A stretch of DNA of 64,000 nucleotides from contig JBEGSF010000005.1 in the NCBI GenBank assembly GCA_041180005.1, forward strand, positions 6,158 to 70,157. The letters run 5' to 3'. A program made the position numbers and the translations under genes. Under the pieces are notes generated by a model. The model searched no databases, was not told where the DNA came from, and saw only the letters and a list, made by a program, of their open reading frames with translations. This stretch comes from Verrucomicrobiota bacterium. GTDB lineage: Bacteria; Verrucomicrobiota; Verrucomicrobiia; Opitutales; UBA953. Below are positions 1 through 10,076 of this stretch, piece by piece; the stretch's first letter is position 1, and every line of letters starts with the position of its first letter.

Positions 1-542
1 GCGAGCCGAAGGCGAAGCGCGTCGCCGGCAAGGATTCCTGGGAGAAGTGGATCGCCCCGCATCATCCGATCAACCTTGGCTATGGCTGGGACCGCACCGA
101 GAACGTGCTGTGGCGCCTCCGCCACGGCGAAATCGCCGGCCTCAAACCCAAGGCGTTCGTCGTGCTCATCGGCACCAATAACCTGTCAGGCTTCAATCCT
201 CCGGCTGAAACCGCGGAAGGCGTGGCCGAGGTCTGCCGTGAGCTCCGTCGTCAGGCCCCGCAGGCGAAGATCCTGCTGCTGGCCATCCTGCCTCGTCAGG
301 CCAAGCCGGACGCCACCCGCCAGCGCGTGACGGATACGAACAAGCTGCTAGAGGCACAAATGTTGCTCAAGTCGCAGGGGCCGCAGATCGCCGACGTCTA
401 TCTCGACCTGACGGACAAGCTCGTCGAAGCCGATGGCAGCATCCTGAAGGAGACCATGAACGACTATCTGCATCCCACGAACAAGGGATACGAAACCATG
501 GGCGCCGCCATCGACGCCCAGCTCAAGGCTTGGTCGCTCTGA
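1..542 (+). CDS. SGNH/GDSL-family esterase (PAF-acetylhydrolase Ib-like), N-terminus outside the window
   Basis: The frame of ORF 105..542 stays open back to the window edge (...GYGWDRTENVLWRLRHGE...). 'VVLIGTNN' and 'DYLHPTNKGY' look like SGNH blocks III and V. Confidence 0.75.
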   Translation, partial: EPKAKRVAGKDSWEKWIAPHHPINLGYGWDRTENVLWRLRHGEIAGLKPKAFVVLIGTNNLSGFNPPAETAEGVAEVCRELRRQAPQAKILLLAILPRQAKPDATRQRVTDTNKLLEAQMLLKSQGPQIADVYLDLTDKLVEADGSILKETMNDYLHPTNKGYETMGAAIDAQLKAWSL

Positions 543-554
543 AGGGCAGGCCCT

Positions 555-1214
555 TCAGATCCGCTTCATCACCGACTTCGCGATGCCCTGGATCGTCAGG
601 GAGCTGGTCGGGATGAGGTCGGGGTAATTCTTGTTCTCGGCCTTGAGGTAGACCTTGGAGCCCTGCTTGATCAGGCGCTTGAGGGTCGTCTCGCCGTCGA
701 TGAGCGCGGCCACGATGTCGCCGTGCTTCGGTGTGCCGGGTTCGACGATGACGGTGTCGCCGTCGTTGATGTCGGCATCGATCATCGAGTCGCCACGGAC
801 GCGCAGGGCGAAGGACTCGGGGGCGCGGCGGCGGGAACTGGGGGAGAGGGGCACCTGCATCGAGTCCAGGACGCCGGAGGATTCGGTGTAGTCGGGGAAG
901 CCCGCGGCGATGGAGCCGGCGAACTTCACGTTCTCGAAGGCGATGGCGTCGTCGCCGGGACCTTCGTAGCGGATGACGGTCTCGGAGGTGTCGCCGAGAA
1001 CTTCCGGGACGATCTTGTAAGCACGAGCGGCGCCGGGGATGCGCTGGAGGACGCCCTTGCGCTCGAGGGCCTGGAGGTGACCGTAGACGCCGTTGGTGGA
1101 CGCGAATCGGAACTTGGCCTGGATGTCCCGGATGCTGGGCCAGTAGGAGTGTTCCGAGACGTGGGCCTTCATGTAATCGAGGATGGCCCGCTGCTTCTTG
1201 GTCAGTTCTTCCAT
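555..1214 (-). CDS. lexA: LexA repressor (SOS regulator, S24 peptidase)
   Basis: wHTH 'LTKKQRAILDYMKAHV...GHLQALERKG', Ala-Gly cleavage site 'IAAGFP', Ser 'VRGDSM' and Lys 'TLKRL' of the S24 dyad. The ATG at 1212-1214 (MEELTKKQ) is preferred over the TTG at 1265. Confidence 0.92.
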   Translation of the reverse strand: MEELTKKQRAILDYMKAHVSEHSYWPSIRDIQAKFRFASTNGVYGHLQALERKGVLQRIPGAARAYKIVPEVLGDTSETVIRYEGPGDDAIAFENVKFAGSIAAGFPDYTESSGVLDSMQVPLSPSSRRRAPESFALRVRGDSMIDADINDGDTVIVEPGTPKHGDIVAALIDGETTLKRLIKQGSKVYLKAENKNYPDLIPTSSLTIQGIAKSVMKRI

Positions 1215-1216
1215 AG

Positions 1217-1244
1217 TGAACGCATGTTCGATGAAAACTTGTTC
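1217..1244 (-). promoter_or_regulatory. Two tandem GAAC-N4-GTTC (Cheo-box-like) putative LexA operators directly upstream of lexA
   Basis: Minus strand reads CGAACATGCGTTCA (1217-1230, perfect GAAC-N4-GTTC) and GAACAAGTTTTC (1233-1244, one mismatch). They lie 3-30 nt upstream of the lexA ATG. Confidence 0.6.
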
Positions 1245-1280
1245 ACTGTCAAGCCGACAGGCCAAAAGGCCATATAATCC

Positions 1281-2081
1281 TCAATATCCGCCGAACTTGG
1301 CCTCGAATTCGGCCACCGTCCGCTCCATCCCGGGGTAGCACCGGGCGGCGATGGCCAGGGAATGCTCGCGGATGGGCTTGGGCAGCCCCCAGAGGGCCTG
1401 GCTGATCGAACCGGTGATGGCGGCCAAGGTATCGGCGTCCCCGCGGATGGAGGAGGCGAAGCGGACGGCGGACTCGAAGTCGGCCGTGCCGACGGCGATG
1501 GCCAGGCACTCGGGCACGCACCCTTGGCAGGTCTCGTTATAGGTGTGGGTCTTCCGGATGACCTCGAGGTCGGGCAGGGGGCCGTAGAAGTTCTCGGCGA
1601 CCGCGCGGACGGCGGCGGGGTTGCGATACTTACGGGCGGTCCAGATCGCCGCGGCGACGGCTTGGGCTCCCTTGATGCCTTCGGGATGGGCGTGCGAAGG
1701 CCGGGCGCTCAGCGTCGCGTGCTCCAGCACGGTCTCGAGGTCGTCGAACGCCCACGCCACAGGCGAGACGCGCATGGCGGAACCGTTGCCGAAGGAGTCA
1801 CGCTCGCCCGGAGCGCCGTCGTAGACCCAGCTGCTGAAGCCGCCGCCGAAGGCCGCGGGCAGGGTGGCGTGATGACAGTTCTTCTCGTAATAGCCGAGCA
1901 TGCCGACGAGCCGCGGCTTGTAGTCGCGTTCGCCGCGCAGGATCGTCTCCGCGACCGCCCAAGTGAGGAGGGAGTCATCGGTGGGGCAGGAGCGTTCGGC
2001 GAACAACGGAAACTTCTGGTCTTCGTTGCGGCTGAATTCGTGGACGGATCCGATGATGTCTCCGGCGATGGCTCCGAGCAT
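1281..2081 (-). CDS. ADP-ribosylglycohydrolase family protein (ARH/DraG-like)
   Basis: 266-aa ORF. 'MLGAIAGDIIGS', 'PTDDSLL', 'GNGSAMRVSP' and 'IRGDADTLAAITGSI' match ARH-family metal-binding blocks. Confidence 0.85.
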   Translation of the reverse strand: MLGAIAGDIIGSVHEFSRNEDQKFPLFAERSCPTDDSLLTWAVAETILRGERDYKPRLVGMLGYYEKNCHHATLPAAFGGGFSSWVYDGAPGERDSFGNGSAMRVSPVAWAFDDLETVLEHATLSARPSHAHPEGIKGAQAVAAAIWTARKYRNPAAVRAVAENFYGPLPDLEVIRKTHTYNETCQGCVPECLAIAVGTADFESAVRFASSIRGDADTLAAITGSISQALWGLPKPIREHSLAIAARCYPGMERTVAEFEAKFGGY

Positions 2082-2261
2082 CTCGCCAAGGTGACGGTCG
2101 TTCGGCGGGCTTCCAATCCAAAGTCAGCAAGGGTGCGTCATAGCTCGGCGGGCCCGGTCATGCGGGAGTCCGCTCATATCGGGCTTTTTCTTCGGTTTCT
2201 CGGACCTTTTTACGCCGAAGGTTGCGACCTTCGTCCGGTTTGCTTGTCTCCGCATCACCCC

Positions 2262-5200
2262 ATGTCCCTCCGTCGACTCATGCCGCTGGTCGCAGCGATG
2301 CTTTGCGCCGTTTCGGCCGTCGCCCAGACCATCGTCCCGGTGCCCTCGCCGGCGGACCGCCCGCCCGTCGCCACCGACGCCTGGTATCGCACCTGGGTGC
2401 GCGTCGACGATTCGTTCTTCACCAAGCACGAGCGCAACCTCTTCGAAGAATCGGTCGGCCTGCACTTTCGCGACCTTGTCGGATCACACGAGGCGTTCGT
2501 CAACGGCGTGAAGGTCGGCGCCGGCTCGGGTCGCGAGGTCTTCCGTCACAAGGTGCCGGTGGGCACGTTGAAGAAGGGCGAGTGGAACGAGGTCGTCTTC
2601 CGCGTCCGACATCCCGAAGGGAAGGGCGGCTTCTTCGGCGAGGCGCCGTTCATCATGAACTACTTCATGGAGTGCGTGCTCGAAGGGGTGTGGGAATATT
2701 CCGCGACGCCGCTCACGCCCGGTCCGGCCCTCAAGGCGCAGCCCGCTTCGTCGTCGTTCGCGAAGTTCCGCGAGTCAAACCGCGTCCTCGGCCGCGCCGA
2801 GCAGTTCCATGGTCCTTCGCTCTCCCCGGCCGAGGCTTATGCGAAGATGCGCGCGACGCCTGACCTGGCGGTCGACTTCCTGCTGTCCGAGCCGCAGATC
2901 GCCCAGCCGACGCACTTCAGCTTCGACACCCGCGGTCGCCTCTGGGTCACGCAATACCGCCAGTATCCTTACCCCGCCGGCGTCAACATGATCAGCCGCG
3001 ACAAGTATTACCGCTCGCATTACGACCGCGTCCCGCCTCCTCCGCCCCATCACGACAAGGGCGCCGACATCGTCTCCATCCACGAATCGACGAAGCGCGA
3101 CGGGGTCTACGACAAGCACACGGTCTTCCAGGATGGCCTCAACATGGCCAACTCGGCCGTCCGCGCCCACGGCGGCGTCTGGGTGATGAACCCGCCTTAC
3201 CTGCTGTTCTATCCGGACGCCAATGGCGACGACGTCCCTGACGGCCCGCCGGTGGTGCATCTCTCCGGCTTCGGCCTCGAAGACACCCACTCGGTGGGCA
3301 ATGGGATCATCCTGGGTCCCGACGGCTGGCTCTACGGCGTGCACGGCAGCACGTCGTCCTCGCGCGTCGTGCGTCCGGGCTTCGATTCCGCCGACGCCGC
3401 CCCCGTCCACTTCGAAGGCTGTATGGTCTGGCGCTACCACCCGAAGACCCGCGAATACGACATCTTCAGCGAAGGCTCGGGCAATCCCTTCGGCCTGGAG
3501 TTCGACGGCGACGGGCGCATGTATTCCGGCCACAACGGCGGCAACACCCGCGGCTGGCACTACGTCCAAGGCGGCATCTACCTCAAGCAGGGCGTCGACC
3601 CGGGCAAGTTCGGCCCGCCGCGCAGTCCGTATTCCTTCGGCCAGCTCCCGATCCTCGGCACGCGCACAAAGGTCCCACGCTTCGCGCATTTCGGCTCCTT
3701 CATCGAAGGCACGGCGATGGCCTCGAAATACCAGGGCCACCTGTTCTCCCTCGATCCGCTCCACAACACGGTCACCGACTCCGAGCGCATCCCGCAGGGC
3801 GCGACCTACGTGACGACCGACAAGGGCATCGCGATGTGGTCCGAGGACGTGGGCTTCCGTCCGCTCTACAGCGCGAACGCCCCCGACGGCTCGCTCTTCG
3901 TGTCCGATATGTATGAATATTACATCGCGCACGGGCAGCACTACCAGAACCAGATCGACCCCACGACGGGCCGCCTGTACCGCCTCCGCGACAAGGACGC
4001 CAGGCTCGAGACCGACACGAACCTCGAGGGCAAGACCACCGCCCAGCTCGTCGGCCTCCTCGGTCATCCGAACAAGTTCCACCGCACGGCTTCGCTGCAG
4101 CTGCTGTCCGAACGGCGCGATCCCGCTTCCGTCCCGCAGCTCGACGCCTTGCTCGCCGCCGACCGGGGCCGCGGCGCCTTGGGTGCGCTCTGGGCGCTGT
4201 ATCAGATCGACGCCCTCGACGATGCCCGCGCCGTCGCCGCGCTGACCCACGCCTATGCGCCGGTGCGTTTCTGGGCCATGCGTTTCCTCGGCGATAAATA
4301 CGGCGTCAACCGCGGCCTCGGCGTGCCCGGTCTTGATTCCAAGGGCTCCCGCGACCTGCCGCCTCAGGTCTTCGCGGCGGTGCTCGCCCGCGCCAAGACG
4401 GAGCCCGATGCCGAGGTCCGTTCCCAGTTTGCCTCGTCGGCCCGTCGTCTGCCGACCGGCCAGATGCTCACGCTCGTCGCGGCGCTCGCTGCGCGCGACG
4501 AGGATACGCAGGACGCCTATATTCCTTTGCTGCTCTGGTTCGCCTTGGAGTCCCACGTGAGCCTTGACCGTGACGCCGTCGTCGGCCTGCTCCGCGACCA
4601 CGCCCTGTGGGAGCGTCCGCTGGTGCAGGAACATCTGCTGCCTCGCCTGATGCGCCGCTTCGCCACCGAAGGACGCCGGGCCGATCTCCTGGTCTGCGCC
4701 CAGCTTCTGCGTCTCGCACCGACGCCGGCGCAGAGCGTGCCTTTGATGAAGGGCTTCGAGGAAGCCTACCGCGGACGCGAACTCGCCGGCCTGCCCGACG
4801 AACTGCTGCGGGCCCTGGCCGCCTCAGGCAAAGCCCCGCTCATCCTCCGCCTCCGCCAAGGGGATGCCGCGGCGATCAAGGAGTCGCTGGCGATCGTCGC
4901 GAATCCGAAGGCCGACGTCACCGAGCGGCTCAACCAGATCAGGGTCTTCGGCGAAGTCCGTCAGGACGCGGCTCAGGCCGTCCTGCTCAAGCTCGCCTCT
5001 TCGTCCGAGGCCGCGGCTTTGCGCAAGGCAGCTCTGATCTCGCTGATGTCTTATGACGACCCCGCCGTCGGCAAGCAGGCGGTGGGCATCGTCGCCGAGG
5101 GCGCGGGCGACGTGCGCCTCGCCGCATTGGCCTTGCTGGCCAGCCGCGCCGGGTGGTCGCAGGAGCTCCTGACAGCCGTGAAGGAAGGCCGCATCGCCCC

Positions 5201-5777
5201 CAACACCGTCCCGCGCGACATGGTCGAGCGCATGCGTCAGCACGAGCCGAAGCAGGTGCAGTCGCTCCTGGCCGAACTCTATCCGGAGAAGCCGGCCGCG
5301 GGCGTCACGGACTTCATCGCCCAGATCGCCGACGTGGAAGCCAAGCTCAAGGCGGGCACGGGTAATCCTTACGCCGGCGAGGCGCTCTTCATGGAGAAGT
5401 GCGCGTCGTGCCATAAGCTCTTCTTCAAGGGCGGGAAGATCGGTCCCGAACTCACGGCCTATCAGCGCGACAACCTCGGCACGATGCTCATCAGCATCGT
5501 CCATCCCAACGCCGAGATCCGCGAAGGCTTCCAGTATTTCTCGGTCACGACGCATGACGGCCGCTCGCTCAGCGGCTTCCTGGTCGAGCGCGACGCCCAG
5601 ATCCTCGTGCTGCGCGGACTGGAAGGGGAGGACATCACCGTCCGCCAGGCGGACGTCCGTCTGCTCACGCCGTTGGGACGCAGCCTCATGCCCGAGGGCT
5701 TGCTGACGGGCATGACTCCGCAGCAGCTGCGCGATCTCTTCGCTTACCTGCGGATCTCCCAGCCGATCAGCCGCTGA
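2262..5777 (+). CDS. PVC-type heme-binding protein: membrane-bound-dehydrogenase-like beta-propeller + HEAT repeats + C-terminal c-type cytochrome domain
   Basis: The real start is the ATG at 2262 (signal peptide MSLRRLMPLVAAMLCAVSAVAQ). The upstream 300 codons of ORF 1362..5777 are antisense to the ARH gene. C-terminal 'CASCHKLFFKGGKIGPELT' is a CxxCH motif. The architecture recalls the Pirellula/Verrucomicrobium-type heme-binding and dehydrogenase domains. Confidence 0.85.
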   Translation: MSLRRLMPLVAAMLCAVSAVAQTIVPVPSPADRPPVATDAWYRTWVRVDDSFFTKHERNLFEESVGLHFRDLVGSHEAFVNGVKVGAGSGREVFRHKVPVGTLKKGEWNEVVFRVRHPEGKGGFFGEAPFIMNYFMECVLEGVWEYSATPLTPGPALKAQPASSSFAKFRESNRVLGRAEQFHGPSLSPAEAYAKMRATPDLAVDFLLSEPQIAQPTHFSFDTRGRLWVTQYRQYPYPAGVNMISRDKYYRSHYDRVPPPPPHHDKGADIVSIHESTKRDGVYDKHTVFQDGLNMANSAVRAHGGVWVMNPPYLLFYPDANGDDVPDGPPVVHLSGFGLEDTHSVGNGIILGPDGWLYGVHGSTSSSRVVRPGFDSADAAPVHFEGCMVWRYHPKTREYDIFSEGSGNPFGLEFDGDGRMYSGHNGGNTRGWHYVQGGIYLKQGVDPGKFGPPRSPYSFGQLPILGTRTKVPRFAHFGSFIEGTAMASKYQGHLFSLDPLHNTVTDSERIPQGATYVTTDKGIAMWSEDVGFRPLYSANAPDGSLFVSDMYEYYIAHGQHYQNQIDPTTGRLYRLRDKDARLETDTNLEGKTTAQLVGLLGHPNKFHRTASLQLLSERRDPASVPQLDALLAADRGRGALGALWALYQIDALDDARAVAALTHAYAPVRFWAMRFLGDKYGVNRGLGVPGLDSKGSRDLPPQVFAAVLARAKTEPDAEVRSQFASSARRLPTGQMLTLVAALAARDEDTQDAYIPLLLWFALESHVSLDRDAVVGLLRDHALWERPLVQEHLLPRLMRRFATEGRRADLLVCAQLLRLAPTPAQSVPLMKGFEEAYRGRELAGLPDELLRALAASGKAPLILRLRQGDAAAIKESLAIVANPKADVTERLNQIRVFGEVRQDAAQAVLLKLASSSEAAALRKAALISLMSYDDPAVGKQAVGIVAEGAGDVRLAALALLASRAGWSQELLTAVKEGRIAPNTVPRDMVERMRQHEPKQVQSLLAELYPEKPAAGVTDFIAQIADVEAKLKAGTGNPYAGEALFMEKCASCHKLFFKGGKIGPELTAYQRDNLGTMLISIVHPNAEIREGFQYFSVTTHDGRSLSGFLVERDAQILVLRGLEGEDITVRQADVRLLTPLGRSLMPEGLLTGMTPQQLRDLFAYLRISQPISR

Positions 5778-5793
5778 ACAAGCGGCTTACCGT

Positions 5794-6351
5794 TCACATC
5801 AATCCCTGGGCGGGGATGACGGGAGCCGGGGCGGCCGGTGCCGGGGCGGGCTGGCCGGCGGCTTGGGTGGCATCGATCTTCTCGAGCTCCGCCTTGAGCA
5901 TGCCGAGGCCTTCGTCGCGGAGTGCGATCACCTGGCCCTCGAGCTGCGCGCGTTCTTCGTCCGTCTGGGCGTTGCGCATCGCCTCGCCGATCTCCCGGCC
6001 GCGCTTGAAGAGCTCCTGCGTGGCGGGGTTGATCATCCCGTTGCGGAAGGCCTGGCCGAGCTTCTTCTCGTCGCCGCCGGCGAGGTCGAGGGCCATCTTG
6101 CGGGTCTCTTCGCCGAAAGCCTTGTAGCGAGCCTTCGTGGCCTCGTCCATCGGCGGGCGCTTGGCCTGGGTCGGGGCGACGGGCTTAGGCGCCGCGACCT
6201 TGGTCGGCTGCGTGGCCGGCGTCGGAGCGGCGACGACGGGCTTTTCCACCTTGGTGACGTCCTCCAAGTCGGACGGACGGATGAAGCGGGCGATGAGGAA
6301 ACCTACCGCCACGCAGAAGGCGGCGGTGATGGCGACGGAGGTCTTGTTCAT
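5794..6351 (-). CDS. hypothetical membrane-anchored protein (N-terminal TM, Pro/Ala-rich linker, helical C-terminus)
   Basis: 185-aa ORF with an ATG start. TM segment 'VAITAAFCVAVGFLIARF'. No recognisable catalytic motif. Confidence 0.6.
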   Translation of the reverse strand: MNKTSVAITAAFCVAVGFLIARFIRPSDLEDVTKVEKPVVAAPTPATQPTKVAAPKPVAPTQAKRPPMDEATKARYKAFGEETRKMALDLAGGDEKKLGQAFRNGMINPATQELFKRGREIGEAMRNAQTDEERAQLEGQVIALRDEGLGMLKAELEKIDATQAAGQPAPAPAAPAPVIPAQGLM

Positions 6352-6401
6352 AGGCGGACTTTACGCATGTCCCGCCCGGCTTGGCGAACTCCTAATGCGC
6401 C

Positions 6402-7727
6402 TTATCTGACCATGCAGGGCTTCTTCGGGTCGAACTTCCAGCCCGGGATGAGGAACTGCATCGCGACGGCGTCGTCACGGGAGCCGGAAGGCAGCTTCAG
6501 GTAGAGCTGGTGCGCGGCCTCGAGCTGGGCGGGGTCGATCTCGATGCCTAGGCCGGGCTTCTGCGGCACCGTGATCTTACCTCCCTTGATGAGCAGCGGC
6601 TCCTTGGTGAGGCGCTGGCCTTCCTGCCAGATCCAATGGGTGTCCATCGCGGTGACGTCGCCGGGCGCGGCGGCGCCGACGTGCGTGAACATCGCGAGCG
6701 AGATGTCGAAATGGTTGTTCGAATGCGAACCCCAGGTGAGGCCGCGCTCCTGACAGACCTGCGCGACCTGCACCGAGCCCTGCATGGTCCAGAAGTGCGG
6801 ATCGGCGAGCGGGATGTCGACCGCCTGCAGCTTCAGCGCGTGGTCGAGCTGACGCCAGTCGGTGGCGACCATGTTCGTGGCGGTGCGGAGGCCGGTGGCC
6901 TTCTTGAACTCGGCCATGATCTCGCGACCGGAGAAGCCGGCTTCGGCGCCGCAGGGATCTTCGGCGTAGGCGAGCACGCCCTTGAGGTTCTGGCAGACTT
7001 CGACGGCTTCCTTCAGGAGCCAGGCTCCGTTGGGGTCGAGGGTGATGCGGGCCTTCGGGAAGCGGGCCGCGAGCGCGCGGACGGCTTCGATTTCGCGGGC
7101 GGGGCTCAGCACGCCGCCCTTGAGCTTGAAGTCCTGGAAGCCGAAGCGCTCCTGTGCGGCCTCGGCCTGGCGGACGATGGTTTCCGGGGTGAGGGCTTCT
7201 TCGTTGCGGAGGCGATGCCAGGCGTGCGCCGAGCCGGCCTCGTCGCGGTAGCCGAGGGTCGTCTTGCGACGGTCGCCGATGAAGAACAGGTAGCCGAGCA
7301 TCTCGACCTCTGTGCGCTGCTGGCCTTTGCCGAGGAGCGCCGCGACGGGCTTGCCTTGGAAGTGGCCGAGGAGGTCGAGCAGGGCGGACTCGATCGCGGT
7401 GACGGCGTGGATGGTCACGCGCAGGTCGAAGGTCTGCAGGCCGCGGCCACCGGCGTCACGGTCCGAGAAGGCGGCGCTGACGGACGCGAGCAGCTGTTCG
7501 TAAGCGGCGATCTCCCGGCCGATCAGCATGGGGGCGGCGTCCTCGACGGTCTGGCGGATCTTCTCGCCGCCGGGGACTTCGCCGAGGCCGGTGCGGCCGG
7601 AGTTGTCGGTGATCAGGACGATGTTGCGCGTGAAGAACGGCCCGTGCGCGCCGCTGAGGTTGAGCAACATGCTGTCATGGCCGGCGACGGGCACGACACG
7701 GATGGATTGGATGAGAGGAGAGGACAT
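6402..7727 (-). CDS. gudD: D-glucarate dehydratase (enolase superfamily)
   Basis: The N-terminus '[50 protein letters not shown]' closely resembles enterobacterial GudD. Length 441 aa. Confidence 0.9.
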   Translation of the reverse strand: MSSPLIQSIRVVPVAGHDSMLLNLSGAHGPFFTRNIVLITDNSGRTGLGEVPGGEKIRQTVEDAAPMLIGREIAAYEQLLASVSAAFSDRDAGGRGLQTFDLRVTIHAVTAIESALLDLLGHFQGKPVAALLGKGQQRTEVEMLGYLFFIGDRRKTTLGYRDEAGSAHAWHRLRNEEALTPETIVRQAEAAQERFGFQDFKLKGGVLSPAREIEAVRALAARFPKARITLDPNGAWLLKEAVEVCQNLKGVLAYAEDPCGAEAGFSGREIMAEFKKATGLRTATNMVATDWRQLDHALKLQAVDIPLADPHFWTMQGSVQVAQVCQERGLTWGSHSNNHFDISLAMFTHVGAAAPGDVTAMDTHWIWQEGQRLTKEPLLIKGGKITVPQKPGLGIEIDPAQLEAAHQLYLKLPSGSRDDAVAMQFLIPGWKFDPKKPCMVR

Positions 7728-7773
7728 TGAAGAAAGGGGTGGGGGTAGGGGTAGGGGTAGGCGTGGGGACGAA

Positions 7774-9120
7774 TCAGGCCTTGGCCTTGGGTCGGGTGAA
7801 GAAGACGAGTGCGGCGGTCAGCAGCGAGGTGAAGGCGAGGCCATAGAGGCCTCCATACACCGAGCCGGTGGACTGCTTGATCCAACCGAAGCCGATGGGC
7901 GCCGCCCAGCCGCCCAGGTTGCCCAGGGAGTTGATGAGGGCGATACCGGCCGCCGCGATGCGCGGGTCGAGGTTCTGCTGCGGGATCGGCCAGAACAGCG
8001 AAGCGGCGGACTTGAAGCCCAGGGCGGCGAAACAGATCGCGCCGAAGGCGACGGCCGGGGTGGAGTGTCCGGCGACCAGCATGCCGAGGCCGGCGATCAC
8101 CAGGGCGGTGGCCACCCACGCCTGCTGGTTCTTCCAGCGCGCGGCGGCGTAGGCCGCGGCGATCATGCCGAAGACGGAGACGATCCAAGGCAGTGAGTTC
8201 AGGAAACCGGCGGACATCACCGCGACGGCCTTCGGTTCGGTGTAGCCGAGCCAGCGGACGAAGTCTTCCGTGACGCCGAGCAGGCCTCCGTGCGGGCCGG
8301 GCGTCGCCAGCATTTCCTTGATGATCGTCGGCAGCCAGAAGGTCACCGCGTAGATGGTCAGCTGGATGGCGAAGTAGACGCCGCAGAAGCCGAGCACGGC
8401 GGGAGAGGTGAGGAGGGCGAGCTTGTCGACGGGCCCGGGGCGTGCCGAGCGGGCGCGTTCCGCCTCGAGCGTCTGCTCGAGCGAGGTGCGTTCGCCAGAG
8501 GTGAGCCAGCGCGCGTCGCTGATGTGCGAATCCAGCAGCAACCAAAGGACGCCGGCCATCAGCACGGAGAAGGCGCCCTCGAAGACGATCATCCACTGCC
8601 AAGGCTGCAGGCCGGGGACGTTCAGCTGGAGCAGATAGGACGAAAGCGGGCCGGAGATGATGGTAGCGATGGCGGAGCCGCTCAGGAAGATCGCCATGGC
8701 CTTGCCGCGTTCGGCGGAGGGCAGCCAGCGGGTGAAGTAATAAACCACCCCGGGGAAGAAGCCGGCCTCGGCGGCGCCCAGCGCGAAGCGGAGGGCGTAG
8801 AACTCATATTCGTTGCGGACGAACGCCAGGCCGGTCGCGAGCAGGCCCCAGGTCACGGCGATGATCGTCAGCCAGCGGCGGGCGCCGAGGCGTTCGAGCG
8901 CGAGGTTGGCCGGGACTTCGAGCAAGGCGTAGCCCCAGAAGAAGAGGCCCGCTCCGAAGCCGTAGGCGAGGTCGCCGATGCCGAGTTCGCTGCCGAGCTG
9001 CTCCTTGATGAAGCTGATGTTCACCCGGTCGATGTAGTTCACGATGAACATCACGACGAACAGCGGAAGGATCCGCCACTTGACCTTGGAGACCGCCGAC
9101 TGGAGTTCCGGCTCGCGCAT
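7774..9120 (-). CDS. MFS transporter, ACS (anion:cation symporter) family; probable glucarate/galactarate or hexuronate permease
   Basis: 448 aa, about 12 TM. '[21 protein letters not shown]' is typical of ACS-family MFS. It sits between gudD and kdgD. Confidence 0.8.
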   Translation of the reverse strand: MREPELQSAVSKVKWRILPLFVVMFIVNYIDRVNISFIKEQLGSELGIGDLAYGFGAGLFFWGYALLEVPANLALERLGARRWLTIIAVTWGLLATGLAFVRNEYEFYALRFALGAAEAGFFPGVVYYFTRWLPSAERGKAMAIFLSGSAIATIISGPLSSYLLQLNVPGLQPWQWMIVFEGAFSVLMAGVLWLLLDSHISDARWLTSGERTSLEQTLEAERARSARPGPVDKLALLTSPAVLGFCGVYFAIQLTIYAVTFWLPTIIKEMLATPGPHGGLLGVTEDFVRWLGYTEPKAVAVMSAGFLNSLPWIVSVFGMIAAAYAAARWKNQQAWVATALVIAGLGMLVAGHSTPAVAFGAICFAALGFKSAASLFWPIPQQNLDPRIAAAGIALINSLGNLGGWAAPIGFGWIKQSTGSVYGGLYGLAFTSLLTAALVFFTRPKAKA

Positions 9121-9126
9121 GCCGGC

Positions 9127-10038
9127 TTACTTGACGCCGGCCTTGGCGATGAGGGCGGCGAGCTGCTCGACCTCCGCGGGCTTGAGGTCCGTCAGCGGGG
9201 CGCGGACGGGGCCCGCGCCGTGGCCGACGATCGTGGCGCCGGCCTTGATGATGCTGACGGCGTAGCCGGCGCTCTTGTTGCGGATCTCGAGGTAGGGCAG
9301 GAAGAAGGTGTCGAGCAGGCGGTTCTGCGTGGCGTGGTCGTCCTTCGCCACGGCGTGGTAGAAGTCCATCGCGGCCTGCGGGATGAAGTTGAACACGGCG
9401 GAGGAGTAGACCGGCACGCCCATCGCCTTGTAGGCCGCGGCGTAGACTTCGGCGGTGGGCAGGCCGCCAAGGTAGCTGAAGCGGTCGCCCATGCGACGGC
9501 GGATCGAGACCATGAGCTCGATGTCGCCGAAGCCGTCCTTGTAACCGATGAGGTTCGGGTTGTTCGCGGCGAGCTTCTCGAGGTGGTGCGGCTGGAGGCG
9601 GCAGACGTTGCGGTTGTAGACGACGACGCCGATCTTGACTGACTTGCAGACCTGGTCGACGTGCGCGGCGACGCCTTCCTGGTTGGTCTCGGTCAGGTAG
9701 TGAGGGAGGAGCAGGATGCCCTTGGCGCCGAGGCGCTCGGCTTCCTGGGCGTATTGGATGGCCACGCGGGTCGGGCCGCCGGCGCCGGCGAGGATCGGGA
9801 CGAGTCCGGCGCAGGTGTCGACCGCGGTCTTGATGACGGCCGAGTATTCCTTGGGCTCGAGGGAGAAGAACTCACCGGTGCCGCCCGCGGCGAAGAGCGC
9901 GGTGGCGCCATAAGGAGCCAGCCACTGCAGGCGCTTGGCGTAACCCGCGGCGTGGAAATCGCCGTTGGCCTGGAAGTCGGTGATCGGGAAGGAGAGGAGT
10001 CCGGACGAGAGGACCTTCTGGAGTTCGAGGGGGGACAT
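9127..10038 (-). CDS. kdgD: 5-dehydro-4-deoxyglucarate dehydratase (DapA/NAL family)
   Basis: '[48 protein letters not shown]' is characteristic of KdgD. Length 303 aa. Confidence 0.9.
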   Translation of the reverse strand: MSPLELQKVLSSGLLSFPITDFQANGDFHAAGYAKRLQWLAPYGATALFAAGGTGEFFSLEPKEYSAVIKTAVDTCAGLVPILAGAGGPTRVAIQYAQEAERLGAKGILLLPHYLTETNQEGVAAHVDQVCKSVKIGVVVYNRNVCRLQPHHLEKLAANNPNLIGYKDGFGDIELMVSIRRRMGDRFSYLGGLPTAEVYAAAYKAMGVPVYSSAVFNFIPQAAMDFYHAVAKDDHATQNRLLDTFFLPYLEIRNKSAGYAVSIIKAGATIVGHGAGPVRAPLTDLKPAEVEQLAALIAKAGVK

Positions 10039-10076
10039 GGAGGGAAGGTGGAAGCGGTTAGCGGTTGGCGGTTAGG

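Noticed and set aside
1362-2261. The N-terminal 300 codons of the 1471-aa ORF 1362..5777.
   Set aside because: This part is antisense to the well-supported ADP-ribosylglycohydrolase gene, has Gly/Arg/Ala-rich shadow composition, and is followed by an in-frame ATG with a clear signal peptide at 2262.
2775-4634. A 619-aa minus-strand ORF.
   Set aside because: It is antisense to the heme-binding/dehydrogenase-domain gene and has shadow-ORF composition.
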